A stretch of 51,436 bases of DNA from Alphaproteobacteria bacterium (GCA_017618595.1 JAFZTZ010000032.1:1-51436), one strand, 5' to 3'; numbered from the stretch's first letter, positions 36,686 to 46,652 are shown. Notes: generated from the letters alone by a model not told the origin. A program made the numbers and translations.

Positions 36686-37383
36686 AAACAAGAATCGCAA
36701 AATTTATTGCAGATAGCGGTATAGCATCGCGTCGTGGTGCAGAACAAATGATTGCAGATGGTCGCGTATGTGTAAATGGTGAAATTATAAAAACACCGGT
36801 ACATTTTGTGGATGCAGACGATGAAATTAAAATAGATGGCACGCGCATAGAACCGCGTCATGATACGCGTGTTTACGCATTTCATAAACCAATAGATACA
36901 ATGACCACAACGCGTGACCCAGATGGTCGTAAAACAATTTATGATGTGTTGCCACGTGAATATCATAACCTGCGGTATGTGGGGCGACTTGATTACAAAA
37001 CAACGGGTTTATTGTTGATGACAAACGACGGATTGCTGGCGCGAAAATTAACACATCCCGATTCAAAAATTCCACGTGTTTATGTCGCGGATGTTGTTGG
37101 AACAGATATGTCAAAGTTGGACAAGGCGCGTCGTGGTGCAACAATTGATGGAATTAAATATCGCCCAATGAAAATAGAAATTTTGCCAGACAAACGGTTG
37201 CGCATTACTGTTATAGAAGGTAAAAAAAATGAAATTCGTATTGTTTTAAAACATTGTGGGTTGCCTGTGCGAACTTTGCATCGCACAATGTATGGCCCGG
37301 TTAGTATAAAAAATATTCCGGTTGGAAAAATCATAGAATTAGATGAAAAAACAATTGACGCACTTACAAAATATTCTCTATAA
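36682..37383 (+). CDS. rRNA pseudouridine synthase, RsuA/RluB family
   Basis: S4 domain RIAKFIADSGIASRRGAEQMIADGRVCVNG and catalytic motif GRLDYKTTGLLLMTNDG. ATGA overlap with rsmE. Confidence 0.88.
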   Translation: MKTRIAKFIADSGIASRRGAEQMIADGRVCVNGEIIKTPVHFVDADDEIKIDGTRIEPRHDTRVYAFHKPIDTMTTTRDPDGRKTIYDVLPREYHNLRYVGRLDYKTTGLLLMTNDGLLARKLTHPDSKIPRVYVADVVGTDMSKLDKARRGATIDGIKYRPMKIEILPDKRLRITVIEGKKNEIRIVLKHCGLPVRTLHRTMYGPVSIKNIPVGKIIELDEKTIDALTKYSL

Positions 37384-37409
37384 TGCAACTAAAGGGAAGG
37401 GAGATTCAC

Positions 37410-38393
37410 ATGAATAAAAAAATCACAAAGAAAACACAAACCAAGACAACCGCGGTGCGTGGGGTTCAAATCAAGACCTCGGAACGCGCATCACGTGGTG
37501 CATCATCATGGTCGATATCTGTTTATGTTTATTGGTTTATCATTCTGTTCTTTATCGCGGCGACATTTTATATTTTGGGACGCAGTCATATAACCGCAAA
37601 TACAAACCCAGTTGCAGAAACAGAAATTACCGAAGAAAATTTGATGCGTGCCGGTGATTACTATACCCGTGGCAAAAGCGAAATTTTGGCCGGCGATATG
37701 GATTCTGCATTTGCTGATTTAACGGCGGCGATTGTTGCAGATGAAAATATGATAGATGCGTATATCTTGCGTGGCGAAGCGTATATGCAGGTTGGTGATT
37801 ACGAAGCGTCAATGACCGATTTCAATACGGCGTTGGCCATGGATGCAACAAATTCAATTGCATATTATGACCGCTCTTTATTGAATACACGTTTGGAAGA
37901 TTTTGATGCGGCGATGAACGACATCAACAATGCAATTGCGGCATATGTTGCAAAACCAAACGATGTATTGCAATTGCGTGATTTGTATGCAAAACGTGGG
38001 CAATTGAATTTGTGGGCCAAGAATTGGGAAGGTGCGATTGTAGATTACACCAATTCGTTGTCACGTCCCGAAGGTACGGTTAGTGCAACCGTTTATGCGG
38101 ATCGTGCCGAAGCATACACCGCAGTTGGTGAATATGCAAACGCGATTAACGATTATGCATCCGCGGTTCGTGTTATTTCTGAACAGATTCAGGGAACAAC
38201 CACGGTCGAACAAAAAGAAGATTTATCTATGCATGCGATGACTTATTTTGAAAAGTCTGCGGGATTAAATCTTAGTATCGGTAATGTAGATGCGGCAAAG
38301 AACGATCTTGAAGCGGCATATGCCATTGCGGCAACCTTGAACGATGCAGATACTGCGACAAGATTGCAGAAACTGATTGAAGCATTGCAATAA
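37410..38393 (+). CDS. TPR-repeat protein with an N-terminal transmembrane anchor
   Basis: TM segment WSISVYVYWFIILFFIAATFYIL, followed by several A-x-x-D-(Y/F)-x-x-A-(I/L) TPR units. RBS GGGAAGGGAG. Confidence 0.7.
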   Translation: MNKKITKKTQTKTTAVRGVQIKTSERASRGASSWSISVYVYWFIILFFIAATFYILGRSHITANTNPVAETEITEENLMRAGDYYTRGKSEILAGDMDSAFADLTAAIVADENMIDAYILRGEAYMQVGDYEASMTDFNTALAMDATNSIAYYDRSLLNTRLEDFDAAMNDINNAIAAYVAKPNDVLQLRDLYAKRGQLNLWAKNWEGAIVDYTNSLSRPEGTVSATVYADRAEAYTAVGEYANAINDYASAVRVISEQIQGTTTVEQKEDLSMHAMTYFEKSAGLNLSIGNVDAAKNDLEAAYAIAATLNDADTATRLQKLIEALQ

Positions 38394-38409
38394 AAAAAAG
38401 TTGAACACA

Positions 38410-38436
38410 AAAAACGCCCCGTTTGGGGCGTTTTTT
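38410..38436. terminator. Bidirectional intrinsic terminator
   Basis: Hairpin ACGCCCC-gttt-GGGGCGT flanked by an A-run and a T-run. Confidence 0.8.
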
Positions 38437-38438
38437 AA

Positions 38439-39461
38439 TTAAAACGTTACACGCAAACCCGCGGCCAGAAATGGTTCTTTGCGGGATATTCCAATGGATG
38501 TCCATCCATCAACATATTTGCTGTATTTATATCTAAATGATGCCAGCGCCGTATGGTCCGCATAGTTTTCAAAATCATCATGCCATATACCTGTATCGGA
38601 AAAGATATATGACAATGACACGGTATAATTTAACAAATCATAACTGATTCCTGCACCTGCTGTAAAACCATCGGCGGCCACGCCAACGGGATCTTTGTCA
38701 TAAATAAGGCGACCATTTAATGCGAAAACCCAACTATTGTATTGAATATTTGTGCCAATTGCCAACTGGGCGCGCCAATCCGCCGTCACATCTGGAACAA
38801 AAGCGGCCGTTTCATAATCATCAAGTTTATTCATAAACGATGCGCCAATTGAAAATGCATATTTTGTTTTGGCGGATGACTGTTTGAATTTTATTCCTGC
38901 ATCAACACCGAAATCATAATCGCCGGTGATACCCGCAACCGACACACCATATTGAACATCGTTGCGTGATGCCGACACAACATTTAATCGTAATGCATCC
39001 GCACCATTTGTTATTTCATTATTTGCGATAACAACACCACCCGTTCCCATTTTACGATAAACAAGTGAATCGTGATTTATACGCAACCCACCAACATCTG
39101 GTAAACCCAAACCCAATTTATGCGCAACGGAATCTGTGAAACCCGCCTCTATACGACCAACATTGCGCCATTGCCAGAATGCAAATGCATCGTGTAACCA
39201 TTTTTTATCGTATACGGCATCTTCGTCTATCATATATACCGCGCCAAAAGAATGATTATTCGATGGTGTTAATGCAAATTGCGCGCGCAGACGAAAATCA
39301 TCGATAATATCGGGCTTGTCAAAATTTGGTTCAATAATACCGATGGTTCCATAACCACTAAGTGATACATTATAATTACTTGCCCGGTATCCCAATGCAT
39401 TCGCGCTAAACGGCGCGACCGCCGCCAAAATTGCACCAATAGAACATAATTTATTTGTCAT
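38439..39461 (-). CDS. Outer-membrane beta-barrel porin-like protein
   Basis: Signal peptide ILAAVAPFSANA, amphipathic beta-strand periodicity, and the C-terminal signature ...AAGLRVTF ending in Phe. 340 aa. Confidence 0.7.
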   Translation of the reverse strand: MTNKLCSIGAILAAVAPFSANALGYRASNYNVSLSGYGTIGIIEPNFDKPDIIDDFRLRAQFALTPSNNHSFGAVYMIDEDAVYDKKWLHDAFAFWQWRNVGRIEAGFTDSVAHKLGLGLPDVGGLRINHDSLVYRKMGTGGVVIANNEITNGADALRLNVVSASRNDVQYGVSVAGITGDYDFGVDAGIKFKQSSAKTKYAFSIGASFMNKLDDYETAAFVPDVTADWRAQLAIGTNIQYNSWVFALNGRLIYDKDPVGVAADGFTAGAGISYDLLNYTVSLSYIFSDTGIWHDDFENYADHTALASFRYKYSKYVDGWTSIGISRKEPFLAAGLRVTF

Positions 39462-40374
39462 CTTTTTTGCCCGTTGTTTCTTTTAAAATCGCGTCACGCA
39501 GTTTATTGTATGCGCGTTCTTCTATCTGGCGTACGCGTTCGCGTGATATATTATATTTTTTGGATAACATTTCCAATGTGGCCGCAGGTTCGCTAAGTCG
39601 CCGCGCCGTTAATATCTCGCGGTCGCGTTCAGGCAGTTCCGCAAGATGTTTCCGCAATAATTCGCCACCACGCGTCATCATTTCGTGTTGTTCGCTTTTT
39701 TCAACAATACTAACACCATTATCTGCCATATTGGACAGCATATCTGCACCCTCTTGTTCGGTGCTGCGCGCCGGTGAATTTAATGATAAATCGCGTGCAA
39801 CGATTCGCGTTGACATACGTTTTACATCTTCGGCCGGCACACTAAGATATTCGGCAATTTTTTCGGCCTGGTCATCGGACAGATTTCCGTCCATAATACC
39901 CAATGCGCGTTTCGCACGTGCTAAATTAAAGAATACGCGTTTCTGATTCGCCGATGTGCCGATTTTCACAATAGACCAATTATTCAAAATTGTTTCATAA
40001 ATTTCCGCACGAATCCAAAACATTGCATAGGTCGAAAACCGAAAACCGCGTTCAGGGTCAAATTTTTGCAGCGCCTGCATCAGCCCCATATTACCACTAG
40101 CCACCAATTCTTGAACCGGAATGCCATAATTACGGAAATCGTATGCCACCGATACGACAAGGCGCAAATGGCTGACCAATAATTTTTCCGCGGCGGACTG
40201 GTCTTTGTTTTGGACCCATTGGGTCGCATATTCATATTCCTGTTCGGCGGAAAGTATGGGATATTGGCTGATTGCGCGAATATAACTGGACAAACTTGTA
40301 TCGTCGCCATAGGTTGGTATGACGACAGGGTTTTCCGATTTTGGTACTAATGCGTTCTTGATTTGCTTTTTCAT
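39451..40374 (-). CDS. rpoH: RNA polymerase sigma-32 factor RpoH
   Basis: RpoH-box-like QKRVFFNLARAKR, region 2 (LRLVVSVAYDFRNYG...QELVASGNMGLMQALQKFDP) and region 4.2 (ISRERVRQIEERA). Confidence 0.92.
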   Translation of the reverse strand: MKKQIKNALVPKSENPVVIPTYGDDTSLSSYIRAISQYPILSAEQEYEYATQWVQNKDQSAAEKLLVSHLRLVVSVAYDFRNYGIPVQELVASGNMGLMQALQKFDPERGFRFSTYAMFWIRAEIYETILNNWSIVKIGTSANQKRVFFNLARAKRALGIMDGNLSDDQAEKIAEYLSVPAEDVKRMSTRIVARDLSLNSPARSTEQEGADMLSNMADNGVSIVEKSEQHEMMTRGGELLRKHLAELPERDREILTARRLSEPAATLEMLSKKYNISRERVRQIEERAYNKLRDAILKETTGKKDDK

Positions 40375-40442
40375 AACATTTATAGTATAGCAATAAAATA
40401 GAAATTATCAAGATACCAAAAAAAATACAGGAGAAAAATTCT

Positions 40443-41093
40443 ATGGCGAATATGCTTGAAAGAAATAAAAAGGTCAAAACCCCACAAAAAACATACCAAG
40501 AACACGCAGAAGATGCGCTGTATCGTGAAGTATGGGAAGATGTAAATAATGAAAAAACACAGCAGTTTTTGAAAAAATACGGTAATTATATAATTGCCGG
40601 CGCGTTGGGGGTTATGATTATTGTGACCGGAATCCAGATTGGTATTCGTGCGCATCATGCATCTAAAATGGCAACCGCCGAAAATTATGAAACGGCCCTG
40701 GAAAATACGGATGCGAACGCATTGGTTGGAATTGCAAAAAATACTTCGGGTGCCACCGCAGATTTGGCAATGTTCCAGGCATATACATTGGACAAAGATG
40801 TTGCAAAATTGGATGAATTGGTAAAGAGTGGCAAAACCCAAGAATTTCGTGATTTGGCGCGTATGCATATTGTAACCATACGTGGTGATGAAATGGATGC
40901 TAGTGCGGTTGAAAAATACCTGGCCCCATTAAATACTAAAAAATCACCATTTTATTATACGGCGTCATTGACGATTGCCCAGAAATATTTGTCTGTTGGC
41001 GAACGCGAAGTGGCAAACAAGTGGTTGGATAAAATCATAAATGATTCGGATGCACCGGCGGTAATTAAATCAGATGCCGAAAGTTTAAGGTAG
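40443..41093 (+). CDS. YfgM-like membrane-anchored TPR protein
   Basis: EVWEDVNNEKTQQFLKKYGNYIIAGALGVMIIV (single TM) with a helical C-terminus. Conserved yfgM-bamB-der neighbourhood. Confidence 0.65.
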   Translation: MANMLERNKKVKTPQKTYQEHAEDALYREVWEDVNNEKTQQFLKKYGNYIIAGALGVMIIVTGIQIGIRAHHASKMATAENYETALENTDANALVGIAKNTSGATADLAMFQAYTLDKDVAKLDELVKSGKTQEFRDLARMHIVTIRGDEMDASAVEKYLAPLNTKKSPFYYTASLTIAQKYLSVGEREVANKWLDKIINDSDAPAVIKSDAESLR

Positions 41094-41099
41094 GTCACC

Positions 41100-41828
41100 A
41101 TGCGCAAAATCGCAATTTTGACCGGAATTTGTTTGGTGGTTGCCGCATGCGACAGTCATGACCCGATTTTGCCAGGGGTGCGTAGTGATATTTTCACATC
41201 AAATGATTTAAATATTTTAAATACATCTGTGCCAAATGTATCGGATAATGCCGTTATAGAAAATGATGCAGAATGTCCATATACCCAGAAGCCAGATAAC
41301 ACCATATGGGATGACACGCGTAAAATATTTTCGGGATTCGCAACAAATAACTATGTTGCTGGCGATAAAAAACCGGTATGTAACGGCAATTTTGTTTATG
41401 CAGGACTGTCCACGGGGGAATTGGTTAAGGTAAATGGGAAAACACGTCAAATGGCATGGATTGCGGATGTCTATCGCGCCAGTAATATGATGGGTGGCGC
41501 ATCAGTTGTTGATATTATCGCCGCACCGAAAATTTATAAAAATTATGTTTATGTCGGTGGGCTTGGCGATGCGTTCTGTAAAATTTCTGATGCAACGGGA
41601 CGTGCTGCATGGTGCATAGATATTGGTGTGGAAAAGAATTTTATTTTAACAGATGCGGCAATTTATGTATTGGATACAGATAATAATTTAAATGCAATTC
41701 GTATGCAGGATGGCGCAATTTATTGGCGCACCGCGATTAAAAAGTCGCGAACACCAAAATATAAAGATAAAATAATTAAGGTTGGTTCGGAAAAAATAGA
41801 TGCCGAAACTGGAAAAATATTGGAATAA
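41100..41828 (+). CDS. bamB: BamB-like PQQ-repeat lipoprotein, unusually short
   Basis: Lipobox VVAAC. Three or four blade-like repeats (FVYAGLSTGELVKVNGKTRQMAW; YVYVGGLGDAFCKISDATGRAAW; AIYVLDTDNNLNAIRMQDGAIYW). It lies between yfgM-like and der. Confidence 0.6.
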   Translation: MRKIAILTGICLVVAACDSHDPILPGVRSDIFTSNDLNILNTSVPNVSDNAVIENDAECPYTQKPDNTIWDDTRKIFSGFATNNYVAGDKKPVCNGNFVYAGLSTGELVKVNGKTRQMAWIADVYRASNMMGGASVVDIIAAPKIYKNYVYVGGLGDAFCKISDATGRAAWCIDIGVEKNFILTDAAIYVLDTDNNLNAIRMQDGAIYWRTAIKKSRTPKYKDKIIKVGSEKIDAETGKILE

Positions 41829-41853
41829 AAAATCCCGCAAATGCGGGTTTTTT
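41829..41853. terminator. Bidirectional intrinsic terminator
   Basis: Hairpin CCCGCA-aa-TGCGGG flanked by an A-run and a T-run. It shares 18 nt with the inverted copy at 42765-42782. Confidence 0.8.
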
Positions 41854-41854
41854 A

Positions 41855-42706
41855 TTACATATTATATTCGTTCTTGGCCATATATTTATCAATCATAATG
41901 TCTTTGTGCCGTTGTTCTACGATTTGGAATATTCTTGCGACATCTGCCACAGTATCGTCAATAACAATGTCGTCATTTTTTTGGGCCACCGGAACGGTCA
42001 TGGATATATCCCCAAGTCCATTTTTGGATATTTCAAATAATACATCACCCATGTAATTTGCAATAATATAGATGTCGGCATCGTCATCGTCTTCTTTGAT
42101 GATATTTACATTGGGTTCGTATAATTTTTCGCATAATTTATTTACTTCGTATGTTAATTCTACCAAATCATAAATATTACACAATTCATCCATTGGGACG
42201 CGTGTGGCATCCAGTTCAGTTGCCGGTTCGGTTTCTGTGGCGGGTAATGATAACACATACGTGCCATTTTTATTTTTTACAATAGAAAAGAATACCTGAC
42301 CGTTTCTAAAAACTCTGTATCCTTCTAGTGGTTTTCTTCTTTGTCGTATTTGTATGTCTGGTTGACGTATGGCGTTCTTTAAGAATTCTATAAACGGTTC
42401 TATTTCATACCAGGACGCAACATCGTCATAGAAAAATGTCTCGATAGATTTCGTTGGAATACCATTCAATTTTATGAATTTATCATTTGGTGCGCTTTTG
42501 TCGGGAACGACAATTTCAAAAGAATCATTTGTTTTATTATGTGTGATTTTACACAGAACCTTGCGTGCAGAATACGGCGCATCATATACAGTATATGTTT
42601 CTTGGGTGCCATCTTGGCTGTGTAACACTTTACACGCAGATTGGCGTGCCTTGAAAGTTGTTTTAATATTGTTGAACAAAGCCAAATCTGATGCTGCGTC
42701 ACCCAT
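41855..42706 (-). CDS. Hypothetical cytoplasmic protein with three internal repeats
   Basis: 283 aa from the ATG at 42706, preceded by RBS AGGGGGA. There is no signal peptide. Three similar segments each contain a pattern like F-x-I-x-K-N-x-x-G...(V/L)P (e.g. VFFSIVKNKNGTYVLSLP; VLFEISKNGLGDISMTVP). I recognise no family. Confidence 0.5.
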   Translation of the reverse strand: MGDAASDLALFNNIKTTFKARQSACKVLHSQDGTQETYTVYDAPYSARKVLCKITHNKTNDSFEIVVPDKSAPNDKFIKLNGIPTKSIETFFYDDVASWYEIEPFIEFLKNAIRQPDIQIRQRRKPLEGYRVFRNGQVFFSIVKNKNGTYVLSLPATETEPATELDATRVPMDELCNIYDLVELTYEVNKLCEKLYEPNVNIIKEDDDDADIYIIANYMGDVLFEISKNGLGDISMTVPVAQKNDDIVIDDTVADVARIFQIVEQRHKDIMIDKYMAKNEYNM

Positions 42707-42756
42707 AATATATTCCCCCTTGGTTATACGGATATGCATATTATATCACATTATAA

Positions 42757-42783
42757 TAAAAAACAAAACCCGCATTTGCGGGC
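42757..42783 (-). terminator. Intrinsic terminator after the Yip1-family gene
   Basis: Minus-strand sequence GCCCGCAAATGCGGGTTTTGTTTTTT. Confidence 0.75.
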
Positions 42784-42791
42784 TTTGGAAA

Positions 42792-43388
42792 TTAAACATG
42801 ATAGCACGATATTGCCGCGCTGGCGTTCTTTATCCATAACCACCCAAGGTGATAATCAGACAAATATACTGTCAGCAAGAATAATGCAAAAATACCAACA
42901 ACCGTAATTACCGCACCACGACGCCCACGCATACAATACAGCGCAATATTATAGAACAAGAATAAAATATAGGCGTCGCCGATAATACTGATTATCCACA
43001 ATGATGTGCAATTAAATGCCAATGCGTTCATTACCAATATCACCGGGTATATAAAGAATATGGATGCTAAGCCCTTTATCGCAATTTCCCAGTCGCGTTC
43101 GCCACCGGTAATTTCAGATACCAACATCATCAGCCCCCCACCAACAAACAGCATGGCCACCGCCACAACCGGCACAATAATAATCGCGGTGAATACCGAA
43201 CTTATGGTAACAGATGCGTGATTTAACAGGTGCAACCCCAGTACCAGCAAACCGCCCAACAGGCCGTATATAAACGCCTTTAACATAGATTCTTCAATAT
43301 CGCCATCTGCGACAATCTTGGAAAAGAAACGCCGTGGATTTACAATTATATTCCTAATAGATCTGTACCATTGTGTAATTTTTTTCAT
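42792..43388 (-). CDS. Yip1-family integral membrane protein
   Basis: 198 aa. N-terminal IVNPRRFFSKIVADGDIEESMLKAFIYGLLGG, followed by five hydrophobic segments. Confidence 0.6.
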   Translation of the reverse strand: MKKITQWYRSIRNIIVNPRRFFSKIVADGDIEESMLKAFIYGLLGGLLVLGLHLLNHASVTISSVFTAIIIVPVVAVAMLFVGGGLMMLVSEITGGERDWEIAIKGLASIFFIYPVILVMNALAFNCTSLWIISIIGDAYILFLFYNIALYCMRGRRGAVITVVGIFALFLLTVYLSDYHLGWLWIKNASAAISCYHV

Positions 43389-43458
43389 CGCAACGCTCCC
43401 CTTTATTTGATTATTTATATTTTTGCTTTATAATTATAAAAAATCAACGGAAAAAACT

Positions 43459-44790
43459 ATGATGAAAATAACAATTGCCGGACGGCCGAATACAGGAAAA
43501 TCAACATTGTTTAACGCATTGACGGGGACGCGCGATGCGCTGGTTCATGACAGACCGGGTGTGACCCGTGATACGATATACGGGACATTGGTTGGACACC
43601 CAGAATGCCAGGTTCGTGATACCGCAGGTTTGGAAAAAGCGCGTGCGGGAATCGCGGCGGATTCTACGGTTGCGGCCATAGATGCCATTTCTACAGCCGA
43701 TGCGATTCTGTTTGTTGTTGATGGTCGGGTCGGTCTTATTCCCGAAGATATGGATTGGGCGCGGACGGTACGCCGTAAAACACGTGCGCCGGTATTGTTA
43801 TTGGTTAACAAATCGGAATCTGGACGGCGTATGGCCGATATCCACGAATTTTATAAATTGGGATTCGGGGAACCGGTGTTAATTTCGGCGGAACATAAAA
43901 CCGGGTTCGATTCTATATTTGAATTCTTGGAAGGTATTACCCCATCATCCACCAAAAATAGTGAACCCGTTGTTGAAAAACGTATGAAAATCGCGGTTCT
44001 GGGGCAACCAAATGTTGGTAAATCAACGTTGGTGAATCGCGTAATCGGTGAAAATCGTCAAATTGTCAAAGATGAACCCGGGGTCACACGTGATACGGTC
44101 AAAATACCAGTAAAATTTTACGGCCGCGATATTTTGCTGATGGATACCGCGGGGTTACGTCGGAAATCAAATGTTCGCGATGATGTCGAAACATTGTCTG
44201 CATTAAAATCTTTGGATGCCATAGAAAAGGCAGATGTTGTTATTTTGGTGGTTGATGCTACGCGTGATATTGAAAACCAGGCGCTTGGTATTGCCGCGCG
44301 TGTATATGATGCGGGCAAGATTTTGTGTGTCGCATTAAATAAATGGGATTTGGTAGAAGCCACCGAACGTGATGAAAAATTGTTAAAGTTGAAACACCAC
44401 TTTACAAATTCTTTCCACCAGATAATAAAACCAATGATACTTGCCATATCGGCGGAAACCGGAACCGGTGTTCAAAATATGTTCAAGCGCATTTATGAAC
44501 AATGGGATATTTCAAATGCAAATGCCCCAACCAGTTTGATAAACAAAATCATTGGTGAATTGGTTGAATCGCGTCAACCACCAATGTCACGTTTGAAACG
44601 GCCAATGCGTATCAAATTTGCATCACAGACGGGTCGTCATCCAATGCGCATAACAATAAATGTTGGTGGTGCATCTGATATTCCAGAATCATACACACGG
44701 TATCTGCGTCGTGGAATTGCAACGGCATTGAAATGGGAACATTTGCCCATAACGATAGAATATAAAAAATCTGAAAATCCGTTTGATTAA
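43459..44790 (+). CDS. der: Ribosome-associated GTPase Der/EngA
   Basis: Two G domains (GRPNTGKSTLFN...DTAG...NKSE and GQPNVGKSTLVN...DTAG...NKWD) plus a KH-like C-terminus. Confidence 0.95.
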   Translation: MMKITIAGRPNTGKSTLFNALTGTRDALVHDRPGVTRDTIYGTLVGHPECQVRDTAGLEKARAGIAADSTVAAIDAISTADAILFVVDGRVGLIPEDMDWARTVRRKTRAPVLLLVNKSESGRRMADIHEFYKLGFGEPVLISAEHKTGFDSIFEFLEGITPSSTKNSEPVVEKRMKIAVLGQPNVGKSTLVNRVIGENRQIVKDEPGVTRDTVKIPVKFYGRDILLMDTAGLRRKSNVRDDVETLSALKSLDAIEKADVVILVVDATRDIENQALGIAARVYDAGKILCVALNKWDLVEATERDEKLLKLKHHFTNSFHQIIKPMILAISAETGTGVQNMFKRIYEQWDISNANAPTSLINKIIGELVESRQPPMSRLKRPMRIKFASQTGRHPMRITINVGGASDIPESYTRYLRRGIATALKWEHLPITIEYKKSENPFD

Positions 44791-45137
44791 TTCAATGTTG
44801 TTAAAAACATTGGAAATGCATTTTCTTCGTCATCAACATTTTCAGACGATTCAGCAGATTCTGCGCCATCTGTTGTCGCGGTATCTGCGGATGGAACATC
44901 AACCGGTGTTTTATCCTTTGGATCACGCGTTGAATCAATCTTGCTTTGTTCTTCGTTGACGATACGACCATAATGTTCGGCCGCCTGAAGCAAGCGTTCG
45001 CGTTCAATTTCGTCCGTTGCAACGCGTGCCTGGTCCATGTACTGTTTGCGTTTTTGACGCCATTTGTGACAACGTTGAATCATCATACCAACAGAAGATT
45101 GGTTTCGTGCAGTTTGCTGATTTTTTTTGTTTAACAT
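44787..45137 (-). CDS. DUF4167-like basic/acidic protein
   Basis: YMDQARVATDEIERERLLQAAEHYGRIV resembles the alphaproteobacterial DUF4167 core, followed by an acidic C-terminal tail. I chose the ATG at 45137. Its stop overlaps the der stop (TTAA). Confidence 0.5.
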   Translation of the reverse strand: MLNKKNQQTARNQSSVGMMIQRCHKWRQKRKQYMDQARVATDEIERERLLQAAEHYGRIVNEEQSKIDSTRDPKDKTPVDVPSADTATTDGAESAESSENVDDEENAFPMFLTTLN

Positions 45138-45284
45138 TTTAATTCTTTTGTTTTGGAAATAATTTCTGGGTTCACGGCATTTTGCCAAACCACCCCTATC
45201 AAACGAAACTAATGGTAAAACATCTTAAAACCAATTGCAATATTTTTTTTCAATTGCTATGCTTTTATATACATGGGGGGAATT

Positions 45285-46652
45285 GTGCGTAATCAACGTG
45301 GAAATTTTTTGCTTCAGGCGCTACTTGCACTGACGTTGGTGTTCGTTTTTATACCCTTTTTTGCGCGGCGTTTGTCGATGAATGATATTGGTGCGCAAAT
45401 GTATGCGACCACGCGTCAGGTTGATGTTACAAGAACAGCAGCAAAAATTTATATCCAAGAAAATGCGGATTCTCTGTCGTATGATACAACGATTTTATCG
45501 GGAAATAATTTGGTGGATAAACTGGAACCATATGGATTGCCACTTGGGTTTATTGCGCGAACCCCAATGGGCCAAGATATTAGTTTAATTATAAATAAAA
45601 ATGATGTTGAAATATCTGCGTTTATCCGGCTAAGTGGTGGGAAATTAAATACGGTGCAACGCGCAGAAATTGCGCGCAGAATAGGGTTCTTTGCAATATA
45701 TAACGCAAATGACCCAGATGGCGACATAGACATTGGTGTTCAACTTGGCGAAATGTATTCTGATGTTGTGAAAAGAAATGAAAAAAATGCTGATTTTGCG
45801 GGGTTCTTGACTGATTTGGATATGGGTGGTTTTAAATTTGATAATGCGGCAAATATATTGGCAATGCGTGCGGTGTCTGATACCGGTGAATTTACAACAT
45901 TGTCGGTTACCGGAAATGAAGTCGGGCGTAAAGAAAGAAATAATATAAAGACGATAAATACGAACAAGGTTGTTTTTCAAACAGGTGCCGGGGACTCCGC
46001 ATTGTCATTGACGCGTGGAACATTGAAAACAGATTCTTTGGTGGCGCGCACAATTTCAAGATATGGTGATACGGGAAATCTGATTGCTGTGGATGCTGCA
46101 TTCGATAGTTTGGATATGACAACCGGACATACCGGATTTTTGGGACCGGAAAAATGGAACATCGGGGGCAGTATTATCAGCAGTCGTATTACATTTAATG
46201 TTGAAAGATTGGATGTTTCGTCATTTATTAACGCAAGCCGTGGACAAGATGTATTCATTGATTCGGACACATTAACATACAGCACCGCCAGCGGTATAGA
46301 AACAGAATACATATATTCGTCGAACATAACATTGCGCGACCAAACATCTGATAGTTTATCGCGCGGTGGTGATGGTGCAATTATTTTGGACATCAGACCT
46401 GCGGGTGCATCTGTGTTGCCAGACGTTCTTGTTGAAACAATAGACAATGATGGATTTTCTATATTGGCCAAACCCACCGATGATAGTACATCAACAGTTA
46501 AATGCAGTTCTATTATTGAAGGTTTGGGTAATAAATATAATCAAAAATCTTTGGCGCAATACATTATATGCCAATATGTTTATTGGCAACGTTTGGAACA
46601 TAGAATAAATATGAAACAATGTTTAATAGAGGGCGGAAATGATTGTAAATAA
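45285..46652 (+). CDS. Large pilin-like protein A (prepilin-type N-terminus, beta-rich body, Cys-containing tail)
   Basis: The GTG at 45285 follows RBS GGGGGG and gives the leader (M)RNQRG, then NFLLQALLALTLVFVFIPFF. An alternative ATG is at 45273. Shared motif TDLDMGGFKFDN starts at nt 45816. The last 50 aa contain four Cys. Confidence 0.6.
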   Translation: MRNQRGNFLLQALLALTLVFVFIPFFARRLSMNDIGAQMYATTRQVDVTRTAAKIYIQENADSLSYDTTILSGNNLVDKLEPYGLPLGFIARTPMGQDISLIINKNDVEISAFIRLSGGKLNTVQRAEIARRIGFFAIYNANDPDGDIDIGVQLGEMYSDVVKRNEKNADFAGFLTDLDMGGFKFDNAANILAMRAVSDTGEFTTLSVTGNEVGRKERNNIKTINTNKVVFQTGAGDSALSLTRGTLKTDSLVARTISRYGDTGNLIAVDAAFDSLDMTTGHTGFLGPEKWNIGGSIISSRITFNVERLDVSSFINASRGQDVFIDSDTLTYSTASGIETEYIYSSNITLRDQTSDSLSRGGDGAIILDIRPAGASVLPDVLVETIDNDGFSILAKPTDDSTSTVKCSSIIEGLGNKYNQKSLAQYIICQYVYWQRLEHRINMKQCLIEGGNDCK

